Positions 21,691 through 31,689 of a stretch of 64,000 nt of DNA are shown here, one piece after another. The notes below the pieces were generated by a model. It was not told where the DNA came from and did not search any database. It was given only the letters and a program-made list of their open reading frames with translations. The first letter of the stretch is position 1; each line of letters starts with the position of its first letter. The stretch comes from Nitrospinales bacterium. GTDB lineage: Bacteria > Nitrospinota > Nitrospinia > Nitrospinales > VA-1. The stretch spans positions 288,001-352,000 of the forward strand of contig OZ253496.1 in assembly GCA_965262115.1 (NCBI GenBank), given 5' to 3'. A program made the translations under genes and the position numbers.

Positions 21691-22089
21691 ATGTCTCAAA
21701 CTCCACCACCACAGAAAAAAGTTTTACTGACCCATCTCGACTGGAACCTGCAAAGGTTGGATGAAGCCTTGAAACAGGAAAGCACCGATTATTTCAAGAG
21801 TGCCGCGCTGCAACGGTTTGGCCATACTTTTACCATGGCCATGAAGAGCATTCGGGGGTTTGGCGATTCCCAAGAGGAAACCAGGGAACCCGGTGATGAG
21901 CAGTGCATTGAATTGGCCACGCAAAACGGCTGGGCGAAAAACCAACCCGAATGGCAGGAAATGTTCGCGGACTATCAACGCATCAATCAAAAGCCCAATG
22001 AGCAGGAGACAGAAGCCCTCTATCAAAAACTACCGCGCTACCAGCAAGCTTTCAAAAGTCTATATTCGCAACTGGAAAACCTAGTCTAG
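21691..22089 (+). CDS. HI0074-like nucleotidyltransferase substrate-binding (HEPN-like) protein
   Basis: LQRLDEAL...AALQRFGHTFTMAMKSIR resembles the family N-terminus; start placed at ATG 21691. Confidence 0.6.
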   Translation: MSQTPPPQKKVLLTHLDWNLQRLDEALKQESTDYFKSAALQRFGHTFTMAMKSIRGFGDSQEETREPGDEQCIELATQNGWAKNQPEWQEMFADYQRINQKPNEQETEALYQKLPRYQQAFKSLYSQLENLV

Positions 22090-22626
22090 TATTTCCCTCA
22101 ATTCATCCAACGCCATTTTTCTATGGGAAATGGCGTTTTTCTGTTTGGAAGACATTTCTCCATAGGTCTGCTCATAACCTTCCGGGATAAAAATTACATC
22201 CCAGCCAAAACCATTTCCTCCCCGGATGCTGTTTGCCAAAGTTCCGCTCACTTCACCCCTGGCAATCTTCATATTTTGTCCGTCATAAACAGCAAAACAG
22301 CATACTGCCGTTGCACCCCGGTCATCAAAGTCGTTGAGCATCTTCAACATGCCCTGACAACCGACTGTTTCTTCAAACCATTTCACCAAGGCGCCGGGCA
22401 ACCCGTTCCAGGCATGGAACAATAGCCCCGAGTCCTCCACCATCACCGGGCACTGTAATGCTGAGTACGCTTGTCGGGCTTTGTGTCGAACCACTACATC
22501 CAGATCCGGGGACTGGATTTCAAAGAGACCGTCAACCTGAATCGGTTCAAGAGCAAGGCTAAGGATTTCTCCCGCTTCCCGAACCTTATCAGGATTTCCC
22601 GTCACAAATTTGAATTGACTCAACAT
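22081..22626 (-). CDS. Non-canonical purine NTP pyrophosphatase (RdgB/HAM1 family)
   Basis: VTGNPDK, EDSGL, GFGWD and SHR motifs. Confidence 0.93.
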   Translation of the reverse strand: MLSQFKFVTGNPDKVREAGEILSLALEPIQVDGLFEIQSPDLDVVVRHKARQAYSALQCPVMVEDSGLLFHAWNGLPGALVKWFEETVGCQGMLKMLNDFDDRGATAVCCFAVYDGQNMKIARGEVSGTLANSIRGGNGFGWDVIFIPEGYEQTYGEMSSKQKNAISHRKMALDELREILD

Positions 22627-22716
22627 GAAGACCGTCCCTGCCCTTGTCCGGCATGGTATCCTGTGTTATACATTGACCTTTTCCCTTAGACCAACATATT
22701 CAAACAATTAAAATTG

Positions 22717-23478
22717 ATGAAACAACTTTTCACTTATTCATTTTTTCTCGTTTTTCTCACTTCATGCGGCCAGATTTTTGAGGTGGACGCAGATGTACAG
22801 GCCCGGCAAGCTCTGTGGGACTTGATGGAAATACAGGATAAGTTTTATCAGGAAAACCAGCGATATGCTACCGGCCATGTGGAAATAGAAAAATACAATC
22901 TGAAATACCATTCCGGCATCGTCTACCTTGAAATAGAGTCGGCGGGAAAAGATAAATACAGGGCCGTTTCCCTTCCTGCCGAATCGACCACCGCGAGGGT
23001 ATTCGCTTATGACAGCGATCAGGGAGGGTTTTATGAAATGGCCGAGGACGAGGTTTCACGATATGTTCTGGGAGCATTGCGACATATTCGCGAGGAAAAA
23101 CATAAAAAAGATTTAAACGAACTGACCGGCTGGATATTAATGGGAGGAATGGCGTTTCTGGGACTGCGCTTTTTTGCCCGCCATCGATCCCAAGAAAATA
23201 ATACCGCTATCTGGGCTTATATCTTATGTTTGCCGGCTATGGGATGGGCCGTCGCCCTTCTGGGAAACATCGAAGTCGATGTGGTGTTCACCAGCACTAT
23301 AGCCCAGGCCACCTGGGTAGGCATGGCAATGGCCTTATTGGCTTTGGCACTGGGAAGTAGCTGGTTGATGAAAAATAAAAAACCCCCTACCCCCTTGATT
23401 AGCTTGCTGGTATGCACACTGCTCATATCCCTGTTGAGCGCTGGAGTTATGGGGTATATGCTCAAAACCTTCAGCTGA
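22717..23478 (+). CDS. Membrane lipoprotein, unknown function
   Basis: Lipobox LTSC, a soluble domain, then about four hydrophobic helices. Confidence 0.7.
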   Translation: MKQLFTYSFFLVFLTSCGQIFEVDADVQARQALWDLMEIQDKFYQENQRYATGHVEIEKYNLKYHSGIVYLEIESAGKDKYRAVSLPAESTTARVFAYDSDQGGFYEMAEDEVSRYVLGALRHIREEKHKKDLNELTGWILMGGMAFLGLRFFARHRSQENNTAIWAYILCLPAMGWAVALLGNIEVDVVFTSTIAQATWVGMAMALLALALGSSWLMKNKKPPTPLISLLVCTLLISLLSAGVMGYMLKTFS

Positions 23479-23561
23479 AAAATCAGCCCAGGCGAACGGT
23501 AAGAATGTGAAGAGTTTCTGATTCACTCACCCATTGGGACCGAAGGGTAAAACTCTGACCA

Positions 23562-23948
23562 TCATGGGTGTTGGAAATTTTTGCTGTCCAGATCCTCCAG
23601 AAAATCAAACCCGGAACGAACTGCCGCTTGAACAGCAGGTTTTTCACCCAAAACTTTAAACAGAGTTCCCCATTCAGATTGCTCTCGCTTTTGAATGGAG
23701 AACTCCTGATCACCAATCTTAGCCCTGTAGTAGGTTTCCAGTTTTTCAAAAGCCTGGTTGATTTCTTTCAATCGGATGTCACCCGATTGGGTGTCAGCCT
23801 TTTCCGGATTGATGTCGGGATGAAATTGCCGGGCAAGAGAGTGATAGGATTTCCGTACCCTGAGCCACTCTTCCCCAGGGGATACGTTGAAAATTTTATA
23901 GCGCTCGGCGATTTGCATAAGATACCCTATTTTCAGGTTTTGTGCCAA
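23562..23948 (-). CDS. DnaJ-domain protein, possibly truncated
   Basis: VRKSYHSLARQFHPD...LKEINQAFEKL J-domain. Confidence 0.75.
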   Translation of the reverse strand: MAQNLKIGYLMQIAERYKIFNVSPGEEWLRVRKSYHSLARQFHPDINPEKADTQSGDIRLKEINQAFEKLETYYRAKIGDQEFSIQKREQSEWGTLFKVLGEKPAVQAAVRSGFDFLEDLDSKNFQHP

Positions 23949-24190
23949 ACCCTAAAATATTAATGACGCCTTAAATATCAAGAAGATATAAAAATATCCT
24001 CTTTTAGAGGCTGTTGCAACCAGGAAAAATCTACCGGAGCCTCTAAAAATTTATAGTTTATTATTTTTCAATGGGTTATATTGGCTACTATTAAAATTGT
24101 TTGATCGGGCCATGAGCTTTAGACTGGCAGTAATTTCCCCGACAATTTAACATCAATTAAAGTTTTGAAGCTTTTCCTGTTTGCGCGAAG

Positions 24191-25264
24191 ATGAATCCCT
24201 CTCACAAATTAAACACACAAAACTTCTTTGGCACCTCGGAAACCGCGCTCAGAGAACTTTTTTCTGATTTGGGTATTGAAGCCTACCGAGCTCACCAGGT
24301 TTTCACCTGGGTCTATCATTATCATTGCCGGGATTTTAATGAGATGAGCAATCTTTCTAAATCTTTGCGGTCCCAGTTGGCAGAGCATTTTCATTTCTCA
24401 CTCCCCAAAATTCAAAACCGAACCCACTCCAAGGACGGGTCGATCAAATATTTATTGGAAATGAATGATGGAGCGGTGGTGGAAAGTGTCTGGATGCCTT
24501 CGGAATCCAGAAAAACTTTATGCCTTTCCACGCAGGTGGGTTGTCGTCTGAATTGCTCGTTCTGTTTAACGGCAAGCCTGGGACTGAAAAGAAATTTAAC
24601 AGCCGGTGAAATCATCGGCCAACACATCGCCATCAATCAGGAACTCAAAGAGAAAGACCAGATCACCAACATTGTTTTTATGGGAATGGGCGAACCCCTG
24701 GACAACTATGGGCCGTTTGTCGATGCATTGCGTCTCATGATCTCCCCGGAAGCCATGAAAATTTCAACAAGAAAGGTCACCGTTTCCACATCAGGACTGG
24801 TTGAAAAAATGAAAACGTTTCAAGAGGAAAACCTGCCGATAAACCTGGCTATTTCTCTCAACGCTTCCGACAATGCCACCCGCGACCGGTTGATGCCTAT
24901 CAATAAAAAATACTCCATTGAAGTCTTAATGGATTGCCTTAAAAAATATCCTTTAAAACCGCAAAGGAGGCATACCATCGAATATGTCCTGCTCGCAGGC
25001 ATCAATGATTCGGATGAAGATGCGCAGAGGCTGGCAAAATGGTTGAGGGATGTTCCCTGCAAGATCAACCTGATTCCTTTTAACGGTTTTGATCCGTCTG
25101 AATACAGGCCTCCCACCGAACAGAGAATTTTGAAGTTTCAAAATTATTTGATCGAGCAGAATTTTTCTGCCTTTATAAGACAAAACCGGGCCACGGACAT
25201 ACTCGGTGCCTGTGGGCAACTCGCGGCCAGCGTGACGCTGGACCCAATAATCAATGGCCCATAA
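24191..25264 (+). CDS. rlmN: 23S rRNA (adenine-C2) methyltransferase RlmN
   Basis: STQVGCRLNCSFC, VFMGMGEP and GACGQL motifs. Confidence 0.96.
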   Translation: MNPSHKLNTQNFFGTSETALRELFSDLGIEAYRAHQVFTWVYHYHCRDFNEMSNLSKSLRSQLAEHFHFSLPKIQNRTHSKDGSIKYLLEMNDGAVVESVWMPSESRKTLCLSTQVGCRLNCSFCLTASLGLKRNLTAGEIIGQHIAINQELKEKDQITNIVFMGMGEPLDNYGPFVDALRLMISPEAMKISTRKVTVSTSGLVEKMKTFQEENLPINLAISLNASDNATRDRLMPINKKYSIEVLMDCLKKYPLKPQRRHTIEYVLLAGINDSDEDAQRLAKWLRDVPCKINLIPFNGFDPSEYRPPTEQRILKFQNYLIEQNFSAFIRQNRATDILGACGQLAASVTLDPIINGP

Positions 25265-25341
25265 AGCCGAGATAACTCTTTGCTAGCCAGCAAAAGCTAT
25301 TGTTCATTCTCCCCGGGCGTTGCCTGGCTTTGCAAGACTCC

Positions 25342-26073
25342 ATGAATAATCCTGATTCCCAAAACCCCGAACTATCAATTATTATCCCTGTTTACAATGA
25401 GAGGGACAACCTGATCCCCCTTGAAGATAAGCTCGAGACAGAACTTGCAAAACTCAACCTGAGTTATGAAATCATTCTCATTGATGATGGAAGTGGCGAT
25501 GGCAGCGCTCATTTGATCAAATCCATGCAGAAACACAATCCACGTATCAGGCTTATCCAGTTCGGTCATAACCATGGGCAGTCAGCGGCATTCGCGGCCG
25601 GATTCAAAGCGGCGCAGGGGGAAATTTTCGTCACGCTTGATGCTGATTTGCAGAACAACCCCGCCGACATCCCCCTGCTTCTTGAGAAGATGCAGGACTA
25701 TGATGTGGTGTGCGGGTGGCGCCATAAGAGGAATGATCCGTGGATCAAAAGGGTTTCCTCAAAAATAGGCAATGCAGTGCGGAATAAATTGAGTGAAGAG
25801 GAAATTGCCGATACCGGATGCTCCCTGAAAGCATTTCGCCGGGAGTGCTTCGACAATGTTAAGTTTTTTAAAGGAATGCACCGGTTTTTCCCCACCTTAA
25901 TGAAAATGGAAGGGTTCCGTGTCACCCAGGTCAAAGTCAGCCATCATCCCCGGCTTCATGGGGAGTCAAAATATAATATTCGAAACCGTTTGCTTTCTTC
26001 TTTTCAGGATTTGCTGGCCATCCGCTGGATGAAAAAGCGACAGATTAACTATGATATTATCAGGGAGGATTAA
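25342..26073 (+). CDS. Glycosyltransferase family 2 (polyprenol-phosphate glycosyltransferase, ArnC/DPM1-like)
   Basis: IIIPVYNE, DDGS, DADLQN and HRFFP motifs. Confidence 0.9.
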   Translation: MNNPDSQNPELSIIIPVYNERDNLIPLEDKLETELAKLNLSYEIILIDDGSGDGSAHLIKSMQKHNPRIRLIQFGHNHGQSAAFAAGFKAAQGEIFVTLDADLQNNPADIPLLLEKMQDYDVVCGWRHKRNDPWIKRVSSKIGNAVRNKLSEEEIADTGCSLKAFRRECFDNVKFFKGMHRFFPTLMKMEGFRVTQVKVSHHPRLHGESKYNIRNRLLSSFQDLLAIRWMKKRQINYDIIRED

Positions 26074-26364
26074 ATGACAACAAACCAATGGTTGATCGTT
26101 GGATTTGTAGGGCAAGCCTTTTTTGGCGCCCGTTTTATTATCCAGTGGATTGTTTCCGAAAGAAAAGGCGAAAGCACTATCCCCCTTGCCTTCTGGTATT
26201 GCAGCATTGGGGGCGCAATGGTGCTTTTAACATATGCCATTCACAGGCAGGACCCAGTATTCATTGTTGGACAAAGCTTGGGAAGCATTGTCTATATCCG
26301 CAACCTGATACTGATAGACCGCAAAAGAAAATCCCTGGCGTCAATGGGAGTTGATAATGAGTAA
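26074..26364 (+). CDS. Lipid A biosynthesis N-terminal domain membrane protein
   Basis: GFVGQAFFGARFIIQWIVSE...P.AFWY...DPVFIVGQ. Confidence 0.85.
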   Translation: MTTNQWLIVGFVGQAFFGARFIIQWIVSERKGESTIPLAFWYCSIGGAMVLLTYAIHRQDPVFIVGQSLGSIVYIRNLILIDRKRKSLASMGVDNE

Positions 26365-26558
26365 CTGAAAAATTAGAATCGGCGGCCTGGTTCTCATGAT
26401 ACTGGGCGGATTTCTTTTTGTCTGGTCAGTGAAGTATATTCAGGCCGAATGACCGCAAATATTTATCGGTTTGCTCTCTGTGTTCAGCACAGCCATGGGG
26501 TTTGCCCTTCTCAATTACGCCGTTGGATTTACATGAGGATGGCCCCACACCGGATTGA
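26357..26558 (+). pseudogene. Small two-helix membrane protein pseudogene
   Basis: MSN*KIRIGGLVLMILGGFLFVWSVKYIQAE*PQIFIGLLSVFSTAMGFALL, with TGA at 26366 and 26450 and a probable +1 frameshift near 26515; ATG overlaps the upstream gene end. Confidence 0.6.
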
Positions 26559-26798
26559 CCCCTCAGTTTTGTTTTTAAACCCCTCACAAATCACCTTGTT
26601 TTTTCTGCCAAAAAAGTAAGACAAGCCTTTATTTAGCAACAGTTTTGAAAGTCCTTGACTTTGCCCAACCCGTATGATATTTCTCTACCTTCTTTAAGTC
26701 CTTTTAACCTCAGAAACAGGTTGAAAGTTTTGAAGAATTGAGGTTTTCCATAGTTGGGAAACGGGTACTTACCGCCTTCTTCTAGCCATTCATTATAA

Positions 26799-28874
26799 GT
26801 GATGATGAAACAAGCTCAAAGTCCTTTTAAAAGGGCCTTTTTTAAAACGCTTATCTGCCTGCTTTTTATCTATATGTCGGGGCATTTGACCCCTTTCCTT
26901 CCTGTTTCTTCTAATTCCATTTTTACGAATCTGAGTTTTCAGACTCTGGCATACGCCCAAGATGATGAGGATGATGAAGAGGACGAGGATGATGAAGATG
27001 AAGACGAGGATGAAGAGGGAGAAGCCGAGGAAGAAGACCTCTCATACTTAACAGATATCGGACCGGCCGCAGACCACGAGTTTGAAGAATTCTCGTTCCT
27101 GGGCATGAGCAACCGCAAGTTCACCTGGGCAGCGGCTCAGCTTCATATACTATTCGCCTCATTCATTCTAGGGTGCCCCATGTTCGTGGTCATCATGGAG
27201 GTTATGGGTGCCCGACGGACACAGGGGGTTCGTAAAGCGATTATCCTCTCAAACGTGTTTCTAGCGGTTCTTATAGGCGTCGTCATAGGGATCACAGGCG
27301 AAATCATAATCGGGATCCATCACGGTGTCTTGTATGGATTATGGGCCTGCGCATTCGGGGCTCTAATAGTCAGTTTCCTGAATTATTTCCACCGTTTGAT
27401 GAATATCCGGGCATCCGCCTTTGTCGGAGCAGTGTTTGGAGCCCTGATCGCCATGCCACTGACACCGGTCGAGCATTACGAAGTTTCCGCAATTATTCTT
27501 GCTTTGATTAATGGTGCCGTCGGCGGCTTGCTCTCCAACGGCATCATGTTTGCCCAGGCAGATTTTAAATTTGAGCGTCTGGCCCATGAGATCACTAAGG
27601 TAATTGGCATTTGTTACAGTTTTACCGCGCTGACGGGAGGTCTCTTCCTCTTTGTCATGCTGGTGGCCTATAAAGACTTCATCACCTATCTTATATCCTC
27701 GTTTCCCATGCTTTTCATGGTGGCTTACCCCACCCTGTTTATTTTGGAAACGGTAATCATGTACATCTATGTCTACTCATGGGACCCACTCAACAAGGCC
27801 AATAAAAAGGGACGGCATATTGTTACGGGCATAATGCTGAATGTCTTTGGTCTCACACTTCTGATGGCCCTGGATGGACCTGCAACCTTTATGCAGGCCC
27901 CGACAAAACCCCTTGCTGATCTGCTCACTATGGGGGAGTGGGATAGAATTACCACTTCGATTTGGATGCCCCTGAACTATCACCGGCTAGTGGGCAACGG
28001 AACCTTTGGCGGTTATATGGTTTGTATCATCGGTGCATATATGTACCTGTGGTCCGACAAAAAGGAAGAGCGGGAATATTATGACTGGGTCGGTTATATC
28101 GGCAACCTCATCGGCGTTGCCATCATGATTCCCCTGCCGGCAATGGGTTACATTTTTGTCGCCGAAATTTACCGATATGACGCCACCATTGGTATGTACA
28201 TCATGTCCGACCGGGAATCCATGTTCATGTTGGTGCAAGGGCTTTTGGTAGGAACCATGTTCAGCGCCAGTAATATTTATATGTGGGTCAGTATGAAGCG
28301 GATTGAACACGCTGAGAGATTTTTCCCGGCCATGAAATTCGGCTTCATATTGATTGTTATTTCTGCCACAATCTGGTTCACTCCCAGACGGTTTTTCGCC
28401 ACCATGCTGCCTGAACCTGGCATGGATCCAAATATGGTTTTGCCGGATAATTTGGCCTTCCTGGCTTTGATGGTTTCCAAGAATACGGCGGCGTTCTGTT
28501 TGGTGACCGTCACTTTCATCAACTATATTTTCTATACTATCGCCACCAAAACCGGAAAAGTGCATTATGGCAAGATCAATCCGCTCGGACCTTACGTTCT
28601 TATTTTCCTCGGATTCTCCGACATCTGGTTGATGAGCTGGATGGGGACCATTCGGGAACTGTCGCGGATGAATTGGCATATTTACAAAGTGTTCAAGGAT
28701 GTAACCCCGGAAAAATTTGCGCCGAGCCTGGCTGAGTCAGGCTTTCACGTTACAATGATTGTTTGGCTCTTTTTCATCCTGATGACAGCCATCATCTGGA
28801 TTGGAATCAAATATCCAAAAACCAAGAAGAAAGAAATCGAGCCAACGCAGGCATCACCGCAAATGGCAGAATAA
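26799..28874 (+). CDS. Cytochrome bd-like oxidase subunit (CydA-like)
   Basis: Multi-TM protein with HILFASF, NYHRLVGN and WMGTIRELSRMNW, resembling the CydA heme-ligand segments; acidic N-terminal tract. Confidence 0.8.
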   Translation: MMMKQAQSPFKRAFFKTLICLLFIYMSGHLTPFLPVSSNSIFTNLSFQTLAYAQDDEDDEEDEDDEDEDEDEEGEAEEEDLSYLTDIGPAADHEFEEFSFLGMSNRKFTWAAAQLHILFASFILGCPMFVVIMEVMGARRTQGVRKAIILSNVFLAVLIGVVIGITGEIIIGIHHGVLYGLWACAFGALIVSFLNYFHRLMNIRASAFVGAVFGALIAMPLTPVEHYEVSAIILALINGAVGGLLSNGIMFAQADFKFERLAHEITKVIGICYSFTALTGGLFLFVMLVAYKDFITYLISSFPMLFMVAYPTLFILETVIMYIYVYSWDPLNKANKKGRHIVTGIMLNVFGLTLLMALDGPATFMQAPTKPLADLLTMGEWDRITTSIWMPLNYHRLVGNGTFGGYMVCIIGAYMYLWSDKKEEREYYDWVGYIGNLIGVAIMIPLPAMGYIFVAEIYRYDATIGMYIMSDRESMFMLVQGLLVGTMFSASNIYMWVSMKRIEHAERFFPAMKFGFILIVISATIWFTPRRFFATMLPEPGMDPNMVLPDNLAFLALMVSKNTAAFCLVTVTFINYIFYTIATKTGKVHYGKINPLGPYVLIFLGFSDIWLMSWMGTIRELSRMNWHIYKVFKDVTPEKFAPSLAESGFHVTMIVWLFFILMTAIIWIGIKYPKTKKKEIEPTQASPQMAE

Positions 28875-28897
28875 GTTTTTTCAGGAGCAAATGAATA

Positions 28898-30142
28898 ATG
28901 AAAATTGACATAATCATTATTGGCGTTATTGCCGGGTTAAGTGGTCTGTTCGCCCTATACAGCACTTTTGGGATTATAGGGGCCGGTGCCGGGTTCGCAG
29001 TGATGGTGACTTATGCTCTGCTTCTCAAGGTCAAACCCAAAAAAATGGAAGAGAAAACACTTTTCCAGAATATCCGGTTTAAGATTCCTGTCATCGCAGT
29101 ATTAGCAGGAAGCATTTGGGTCTTGGCAGGCAAATTCAATTTTCCCGTCTGGTGGCAGATAGAGTTTGTTGCCTTCGCCTTTGTGGGTTTCTTTTTCTTC
29201 ACGCTCCTGGACTGGAAAACTCTCAAGCTGGAAAAATCGCATTTTGACTGGATCAAACGGATGCTGGCTACCTACGCCCTTGCCTCCGGTATATTTATCG
29301 GAGTGACAGCGCAACTACCCCAATTTGATCCGGAAATTGAACTTGCAAAACTCAACAAGCCTCCCGTTAAATTAGCAGGACTAGCGGGGCCCGAGGTTAT
29401 CGCCGCGGGACGCGAAGTGTTCGAAAATAATAAATGCTTCAACTGTCATAAAGTATTCTGGGAAGGCAACTCAGATCGTGGCCCCAACCTGGGTACCAAA
29501 CAGATCGGCCTTTATACCGAGGATTATATTAAAGATCAGATCCTCAACCCTCGAAGAAACCAATCTCCAGGTTTTGAGGACCCCAAATCCAAAAAAGCCA
29601 TGCCGACTTATTATGGAGATGACTTGAGTGAAGACGAGTTGTCCGCCCTGATCTCTTTTTTAAAAACCCTGCGGGACCCGACCCATATGCCGGTTGAAGG
29701 CAAATTCCCCAATCAATGGACCTGGTGGGACGATAAAAATGCCATTGCCGAGGGTAAGATGGTGTTCGAAGGGACCCACCCGGAAACAGAAGGGCTCCTC
29801 TGCGCTGTTTGTCACGGCAAGGATGGCATCCCCATGATGACCGGAGCTCTCGATTTCAGAAATGAAAATAGTCCTGATACCACAAAAACGGATAAGCTTT
29901 TAAAAGACTGGCCGGATGCCCTTTGGTATCGCCGGGTTACCCGTGGTATTCCGGAAACACCCATGGCTGCTTGGGGTATGATTTTCCCACATCTTTATCT
30001 TTGGAAGGCTGAGGCCTATGCCCGGACATTCCACGATCCTCTGGACAAACGCACCGCCAAACGGCCTGTGCCTCCCGTTCCTACCAAAGAAGAAATCGAA
30101 AGCTGGAAAACCAAAGGACTGTTCCTCGACCCATTGCTCTAA
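28898..30142 (+). CDS. Membrane-anchored diheme cytochrome c
   Basis: N-terminal TM helices; CFNCH and CAVCH heme motifs, each followed by a candidate Met ligand. Confidence 0.88.
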   Translation: MKIDIIIIGVIAGLSGLFALYSTFGIIGAGAGFAVMVTYALLLKVKPKKMEEKTLFQNIRFKIPVIAVLAGSIWVLAGKFNFPVWWQIEFVAFAFVGFFFFTLLDWKTLKLEKSHFDWIKRMLATYALASGIFIGVTAQLPQFDPEIELAKLNKPPVKLAGLAGPEVIAAGREVFENNKCFNCHKVFWEGNSDRGPNLGTKQIGLYTEDYIKDQILNPRRNQSPGFEDPKSKKAMPTYYGDDLSEDELSALISFLKTLRDPTHMPVEGKFPNQWTWWDDKNAIAEGKMVFEGTHPETEGLLCAVCHGKDGIPMMTGALDFRNENSPDTTKTDKLLKDWPDALWYRRVTRGIPETPMAAWGMIFPHLYLWKAEAYARTFHDPLDKRTAKRPVPPVPTKEEIESWKTKGLFLDPLL

Positions 30143-30156
30143 AAAAATTTAAAATC

Positions 30157-30195
30157 ATAAAGCCGATCTCGTTTGATGAGGTCGGCTTTATTTTT
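30157..30195 (+). terminator. Rho-independent terminator
   Basis: ATAAAGCCGATCTC / GAGGTCGGCTTTAT stem followed by a T-run. Confidence 0.8.
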
Positions 30196-30270
30196 GCCTA
30201 TTCGACAAACCCATTACAGGTTTGCTAGAATAACTGTATTGTTACAGTTCGTGATTCTTTGGAGATCGCA

Positions 30271-30750
30271 ATGAGTAAAATTGATGACTTGATAAAAGAA
30301 AACCTGCTGGAAAATGGAACCATCCTTCTTCTTCGTGATAAATACATAGGCATCCGTGGTTGCATGGAGCTTGCCACGAAAGAAGTATTAAAAAGCGTGA
30401 AACAGCTTATTGTTCCAGGAAACCAGATTTTGGATGAAGGCTTGGAGGCTCTTGCTGAATCCCCACATTTGGAAAACTTGGAACTTCTTAACATCAATCA
30501 CAATGATATTGGGGACTATGGAGCGATCGCTCTGGCAAACTCGGAAAATTTACCCAAATTGAAGATAGTCACTATGTTCGGCAATGTGGTAGGAGATACA
30601 GGAGCTCAGGCTTTTGCTAATTCGCCTCAGAGCAAGAAATACGTCAAACTGGATCTCTTTAAAAACCAGTATACCGAGATCGGCTATAAAGCCCTCACCG
30701 AATCAGAGAACCTGAAAAACTGTGAAGAGCTGGAAGTCTATCGGGATTAA
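30271..30750 (+). CDS. Leucine-rich repeat protein
   Basis: Repeats such as N.I.D.G..ALA.S..L.NL; GGAG RBS before ATG 30271. Confidence 0.8.
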   Translation: MSKIDDLIKENLLENGTILLLRDKYIGIRGCMELATKEVLKSVKQLIVPGNQILDEGLEALAESPHLENLELLNINHNDIGDYGAIALANSENLPKLKIVTMFGNVVGDTGAQAFANSPQSKKYVKLDLFKNQYTEIGYKALTESENLKNCEELEVYRD

Positions 30751-30757
30751 CCCGGCT

Positions 30758-31042
30758 TCAGCCCTTATCACTCCATTGTGTGGTATCAAAGGTCTTGACC
30801 TGCAGCGCATGGATGAGTTTTGGAGTCCCTGTCATTTCATGATCGAGTGCTTTGTGGACCAGCCTGACTCGTTCCATGACATTGAGGTTTTCGAATTGGG
30901 GTGAAACAACAACGATGGAATAATGACCCCCGCCTCCGGCGGCTTTATGGCCGCGATGAAGGTGGCTCTCATCGATGATCTCCACATGTTCGGCAGAGAT
31001 TCTTTCTTTAAGGTTATTATTGATAATTTCAGTGGTATCCAT
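30758..31042 (-). CDS. BolA family protein
   Basis: DESHLHRGH...GGHY...IHALQ. Confidence 0.9.
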   Translation of the reverse strand: MDTTEIINNNLKERISAEHVEIIDESHLHRGHKAAGGGGHYSIVVVSPQFENLNVMERVRLVHKALDHEMTGTPKLIHALQVKTFDTTQWSDKG

Positions 31043-31074
31043 ATAATTTTAAAGTCTTTTTTAGGTTATTGGTA

Positions 31075-31290
31075 TTATTCATGGGGCTTGGAGCGCAGTC
31101 CCGCATCCGGGAAGTCTTTAAACTTGTTGAGGTTATCCTGGAATTTCTGAAAAGCCTCGTGTTCCTTTTCGTCCATCATTTTTGCCCGGCAGCGGGCACA
31201 AACTGGTATTTTATCGGAGTCATAATTGCGAATCCTGTTTTTGACTCCGCATTGCGGACAAGGTATGATGGCTAAACCGGGATCAGTCAT
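31075..31290 (-). CDS. Small zinc-ribbon protein (thioredoxin-2 N-terminal-like)
   Basis: CPQCGVKNRI...CARC. Confidence 0.65.
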   Translation of the reverse strand: MTDPGLAIIPCPQCGVKNRIRNYDSDKIPVCARCRAKMMDEKEHEAFQKFQDNLNKFKDFPDAGLRSKPHE

Positions 31291-31349
31291 GATTCATCAT
31301 AACAAACCCGCATCGAAAATAAAAAGAGTACTTACAATCTTTCTTTAAT

Positions 31350-31619
31350 ATGTTTTTCTTCCAACAAATCGGTCCCAGCCAGAAAATACCCTTCACGACC
31401 AAGTTGGCCATGGTTTTCTGGATCATCCTGAGTTTGGCCCTGTTATCCTTTTTTGCATTCAGCATTTTTATAATCGCCTTGATGGTGGGTCTGGTTTTAT
31501 TCACCACCAGCCTGTTCCAGAAGAAAAAGCAGCCGGGTTCCATCCCCAATGCCGATTTCCAAACCAGGCCCTACTCTGCACCCCGGCATACCAAAGACGA
31601 CGACGTCATAGACATTTAG
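31350..31619 (+). CDS. Small membrane protein
   Basis: Long hydrophobic stretch; DDVIDI C-terminus. Confidence 0.65.
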   Translation: MFFFQQIGPSQKIPFTTKLAMVFWIILSLALLSFFAFSIFIIALMVGLVLFTTSLFQKKKQPGSIPNADFQTRPYSAPRHTKDDDVIDI

Positions 31620-31689
31620 CAGAGTACCTCTGCCTGTAGATTGCAATGGCTCTCACTACAAACAACAGTATTCTCGGCTCAACCAGCTC

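Noticed and set aside
26357..26558. UGA=Trp recoding
   Set aside because: Core genes such as typA and fbp end at TGA, and TGG is used for Trp throughout.
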